From Azolla caroliniana (lineage: Eukaryota > Plantae > Polypodiophyta), in assembly GCA_043228905.1 (NCBI GenBank), contig JBHGNT010000014.1, positions 11,904,001 to 11,968,000 of the forward strand: 64,000 bases of DNA, written 5' to 3'. Position 1 is the first letter of the stretch; each line of letters opens with the position of its first letter. This document shows positions 62,159 to 64,000 of the stretch, piece after piece. Both the position numbers and the translations under genes were made by a program. The notes under the pieces were generated by a model. It ran no database searches, was not told the DNA's origin, and saw only the letters and a program-made list of their open reading frames with translations.

Positions 62159-64000
62159 CGTAGAATACGCGTTTTTTAACAACTATGACCGAAAGTCAGT
62201 TGTGTATCTTCGGTCCCTCTCAGGTACCTGAAGATGTGCTTGACGGCCTCCCAATGCTTCCGTCCTAGATTTGACATGTACCAGTTGACCACCCCTACGA
62301 CATAGGCTAGGTCGGGTCGGGTCGCCACCATTGCGTACATGATACTTCCTACGGCCGATGCGTAGGGTATCTTTCCATTAAACTCTCTCTCCTTGTCTAT
62401 TGAAGGAGATTCTTTGTCCGATAGTCAGATCGACGTCGAAAGCAGTGTTGGTGCTGGCTTTGCATTCTCCATGTTGAAGCGCTTCAGCACCTTTCGGATA
62501 TTGTCAGACTGGGAGAGTCGGAGAGTCTTGGTCATCCGATTTCACTCAATCCTCATGTGCAGTATGTGACGGGCTTGTCTATGTTCCGTCTTCGCGAACT
62601 TGTCGTGAAGGCTCCGCTTAAGCTTTCCGATCTCAACTTGGTTGCTTCCTGCAATCAGTATGTCATCGACATATAGGATCAGATAAATCCTAGACTCGTC
62701 GACTAGTTGCCAAATATATGTATGCGTGGGTCGGAGTCAGATCGATGGTATCCAAGTTGCCTTATGTAGGAGTTGAACTTCTGGTACCACATCCTCGGCT
62801 CTTGTTTCAAGCCATAGAGGCTTTTCTTCAGTCGACATACGAGGTGACTTTCCTCCCCTGTCGTCGTGAAGCCTGCCGGTTGAGACATGTAAATGTCTTC
62901 TTCCAGATCTCTATGAAGGAATGTCGTCTTTACATCCAGCTATTCTAGCTCTAGGTCTTCTGTCGCCACAACTCCTAGTAAGAGTCGGAGGGTGGTCATC
63001 TTGACTACTGGTGAGAATATCTCGTCGTAGTCGACCCCATGTTCTTGTTGGAACCTTTTCGCGACAAGACGAACTTTGTACTTGGGTTTCTCTGAGTCAA
63101 ATACATATTTGTATCGGAAAACCCATTTGCAAGGTAGTGGCTTTCTTCTAGTTGGTGGTTCGACCAGCTCACATGTCTGATTCTTGTGAATCGAGTCCAT
63201 TTCGGATTCATGGCATTGTGCCATGTTTTGGCGTCGGTTGCGGCCATAGCTTCTTCATAAGTGCTTGGTTCGCTTGCATCGATGTAGTTGACGTAGTCAA
63301 GGCCAGGTTGGTGGAACTCTATCTGTCTTCGAGCTCGTCTAGATCTCCTGGGTACTAAGATAAGAGGTTCAAATTCTTCGATCAGTTTTGCAGGTCGATC
63401 GGTATTTGTCGAACCGTTTGTGTCAGGAGTCTTGTTAGGTGACCCACCCTCATGCTAGGATTTCAGTGGTGTCATGGCTTTCTCCCCCGTGAACTTTGTC
63501 GACTCGGGTCTGTTTCCAAATCGCATCATGTTGACTTTGCTTTGTTCAACTCTTATCAAATGGGCTCTGTCTTTGATGGCTTTCTCTTCAAGATCGACTA
63601 GTGGACCTCCAACCGATTCGGAGTCAGTAGGTATGTTGTCAGCTTCGTCGAGTTCGAATGTTTGTTGAATCTTTAAGTCGGCCCTGTGGATCAGTCCTTC
63701 TGCGATGTCTCTGTCGTCTTTGAAGGATAGCTTTTTACCGACTATTTTCCGTTGGTTCCGCTAAGAGAAGATAGAGTCTTCATTGAAGACTACGTCACTA
63801 CTCCGGATCCGTTTCCGGTTCTCAGGGTTCCATAGCCTGTAGTCAAAGTCCACATCGGTTCCATAACCGAGAAATATGCACTTCGTCGCATGGGGTGCGA
63901 ACTTTGTCCTTTTCTCCTTGGGGATGAACACGTAGGCTTCGCATCCAAATATACAGAGCCTATCATAGGTCGCCTGTTTTCCTGACCATAGTGCTTGTGG
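62159..64000 (-). pseudogene. Copia G (Tork-like) integrase C-terminus and RT remnant
   Basis: IFGCEAYVFIPKEKRTK...[42 protein letters not shown]. Confidence 0.88.

Overview
This window is eukaryotic repeat DNA, most likely heterochromatin of a non-seed land plant such as a bryophyte. It contains no recognisable host gene. It is a deep nest of LTR retrotransposons: two Athila-like Ty3/Gypsy elements with a 3' extra ORF, at least seven Ty1/Copia copies from two lineages, a Ty3/Gypsy group with TGTCG...CGACA termini (tRNA-Trp PBS where one survives, fungal-type RT; pol-bearing, gag-only and solo-LTR forms), a chromovirus remnant, degraded L1 LINE pieces and two hAT-type MITEs. Many boundaries are fixed by target-site duplications read directly from the sequence. 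Three observations stand out. (1) Both Athila-like elements have no polypurine tract. In its place sits a conserved structured mimic of the tRNA-Arg 3' half ending in CCA, effectively a second, inverted PBS, suggesting tRNA-type priming of the plus strand. (2) The TGTCG group makes 4-bp target duplications centred on CpG. (3) Two unrelated LTRs carry antisense tRNA-like Pol III A/B boxes in U3. Family names and tRNA identities come from recalled motifs, not database searches.
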